Shown here: positions 37,257 through 38,379 of the stretch, piece after piece
How positions within the stretch are numbered: the first letter of the stretch is position 1
How the letters are laid out: every line of letters begins with the position of its first letter
Assembly (NCBI GenBank): GCA_030637655.1
Contig: DAOWGI010000045.1
Coordinates: forward strand, 1-38,379
Length of the DNA: 38,379 nt
From: a candidate division FCPU426 bacterium
Lineage (GTDB): Bacteria; Oederibacteriota; JAAXVQ01; JAUVAV01
Direction of reading: 5' to 3'
Position numbers and translations under genes: made by a program
The notes under the pieces: generated by a model
What the model saw: only the letters and a program-made list of their open reading frames with translations
What the model was told of the DNA's origin: nothing
Databases searched by the model: none

Positions 37257-38159
37257 ATGATGCAATCAAACAATGATATCAAAAAGGATATACTAAATAT
37301 TAAAGTTCGTGATCAAAAAATAGTTGTTGCAGTTGATGAACCGCAATGCGAAAAAATTCTTGGCGACATCATAGTTACACCACCTTTTGGTGTCACCGCC
37401 AAGCGCATGTTTTCGCTTAGTTATTTTTTGACACAAAATGGATTTAGGGTTTATCGTCCTGATTTCCGATGTCATTTAGGTTCTAGTTCTGGAGAAATAA
37501 CAGACGCGCGCTTATCTACACAGGTGGATGATATTCTCGCTGTTATAAAAGAAACAAATTGTTCCCTGGTTGTCGCTTTGAGCCTGTCTACTCGGGCGGC
37601 ATTAAGAGCACGCAGATTATGTCAAAAGCCAATATCCTTAGTACTTGTTACGCCTGTAGTCAGCATCCGGTCAACACTTGAAGCAGCTAGTGGAGAAGAT
37701 ATTTTTGAAGGTGTGATCAATGGGCGTATTAGAGGAACAGATATTCTTGGAAATTATGTAAAAAATGATTTTGTTAAAGACTGCATCAATTCGGGATTTG
37801 AAACCTGGGAAGATACATTAGAGGATATCATTTCTTCCGACGGTCATACTACTTTTATTGCAGGTGATCGTGATCCCTGGGTTTCTTTTGAGATGGTCCA
37901 AAAAGTTGTGCAGGAATCACTTAAAACAGGTGTTTATATTCATCTCATCTCCATGCAAGCAGCTTCCCATAAGATTAACCGTAATCCAGCAGTAGCAAAT
38001 GCCTATTTTGAAGCAACAACCCGTGATTGTCTTCGTATTGTAGGTTCAAACACAACTTCAGTAAAAATACCTGATTTCAAAGATATTATTAAAGCCATTG
38101 GAGAACAAAGAAACTTGTATAGAAATGCTATATTAAGTCCATGGGAGTCTGAAAAATGA
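37257..38159 (+). CDS. LuxD-like acyl transferase/thioesterase (alpha/beta hydrolase)
   Basis: LTQNGFRVYRPD..CHLGSSSGEI, ALSLSTR (Ser), VVSIRSTLE, GDRDPWV (Asp), ASH (His), collinear with LuxD motifs. Confidence 0.8.
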   Translation: MMQSNNDIKKDILNIKVRDQKIVVAVDEPQCEKILGDIIVTPPFGVTAKRMFSLSYFLTQNGFRVYRPDFRCHLGSSSGEITDARLSTQVDDILAVIKETNCSLVVALSLSTRAALRARRLCQKPISLVLVTPVVSIRSTLEAASGEDIFEGVINGRIRGTDILGNYVKNDFVKDCINSGFETWEDTLEDIISSDGHTTFIAGDRDPWVSFEMVQKVVQESLKTGVYIHLISMQAASHKINRNPAVANAYFEATTRDCLRIVGSNTTSVKIPDFKDIIKAIGEQRNLYRNAILSPWESEK

Positions 38160-38239
38160 AAATTTTTATTGATACTGGTGACATTGAAAGCATCAAGTTA
38201 TGGATGGCATCCGGGATTGGTTCAGGTGTAACAACTAAC
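38156..38239 (+). pseudogene. 5' fragment of a transaldolase/fructose-6-phosphate aldolase family gene, interrupted by IS
   Basis: MKIFIDTGDIESIK...GVTTN; ATGA overlap with upstream gene; similarity ends where the IS end begins. Confidence 0.8.
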
Positions 38240-38379
38240 GAGATATTGTCAAGAGTTGTGTTCTAAAAAAATGTATCCCCAGTGCTAACCCTGCTTAAGC
38301 AGCTATCTTCATCCCGTCCTCATAGCGAATACCTTCCATGACATCCCTGACTTTTTCATGGGCATTTAGTTTGCGCCAT
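38240..38379 (-). mobile_element. End of an IS256-family insertion sequence (continues beyond window)
   Basis: Terminus gagatattgtcaagagttgtgt resembles IS256-type inverted repeats; adjacent transposase-like C-terminus. Confidence 0.75.
38295..38379 (-). CDS. IS256-family transposase, C-terminal end (partial)
   Basis: WRKLNAHEKVRDVMEGIRYEDGMKIAA*. Confidence 0.72.
   Translation of the reverse strand, partial: WRKLNAHEKVRDVMEGIRYEDGMKIAA

Noticed and set aside
37257-38159. Bioluminescence operon
   Set aside because: No luxC, luxA, luxB or luxE adjacent within the window

Overview
Bacterial window with three zones. (1) 1-12.1 kb is an accessory array of mostly single, co-oriented cargo genes: a truncated restriction endonuclease, TIR-like, HEPN, REC, AlbA-HATPase-HTH, UPF0158, HNH-like, Mut7-C, VapBC, frameshifted ORF6N and Fic. 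They are separated by five copies of a ~70-225 nt repeat, four of which carry a perfect 28-nt GTAG palindrome. GG(G/T)G(A/C)C hexamers recur at module junctions, and no integrase or transposase is visible in the array. (2) 12.1-36.7 kb is mostly housekeeping (spoIID-like, queA, tgt, yajC, miaB, TPR-SPOR, mutS, MFS). queA and tgt are split by a ~12.6 kb block containing a diguanylate cyclase, a KaiC-REC fusion, two paralogous histidine kinases (one with a degenerate H-box), DUF2628, FkbM and an MCP. (3) 36.7-38.4 kb holds a histidine kinase remnant, an AT-rich LuxD-like acyltransferase/thioesterase gene, and a coupled transaldolase-like gene interrupted by an IS256-family element running off the window. 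All family calls come from motif recognition by eye; no database searches were run.
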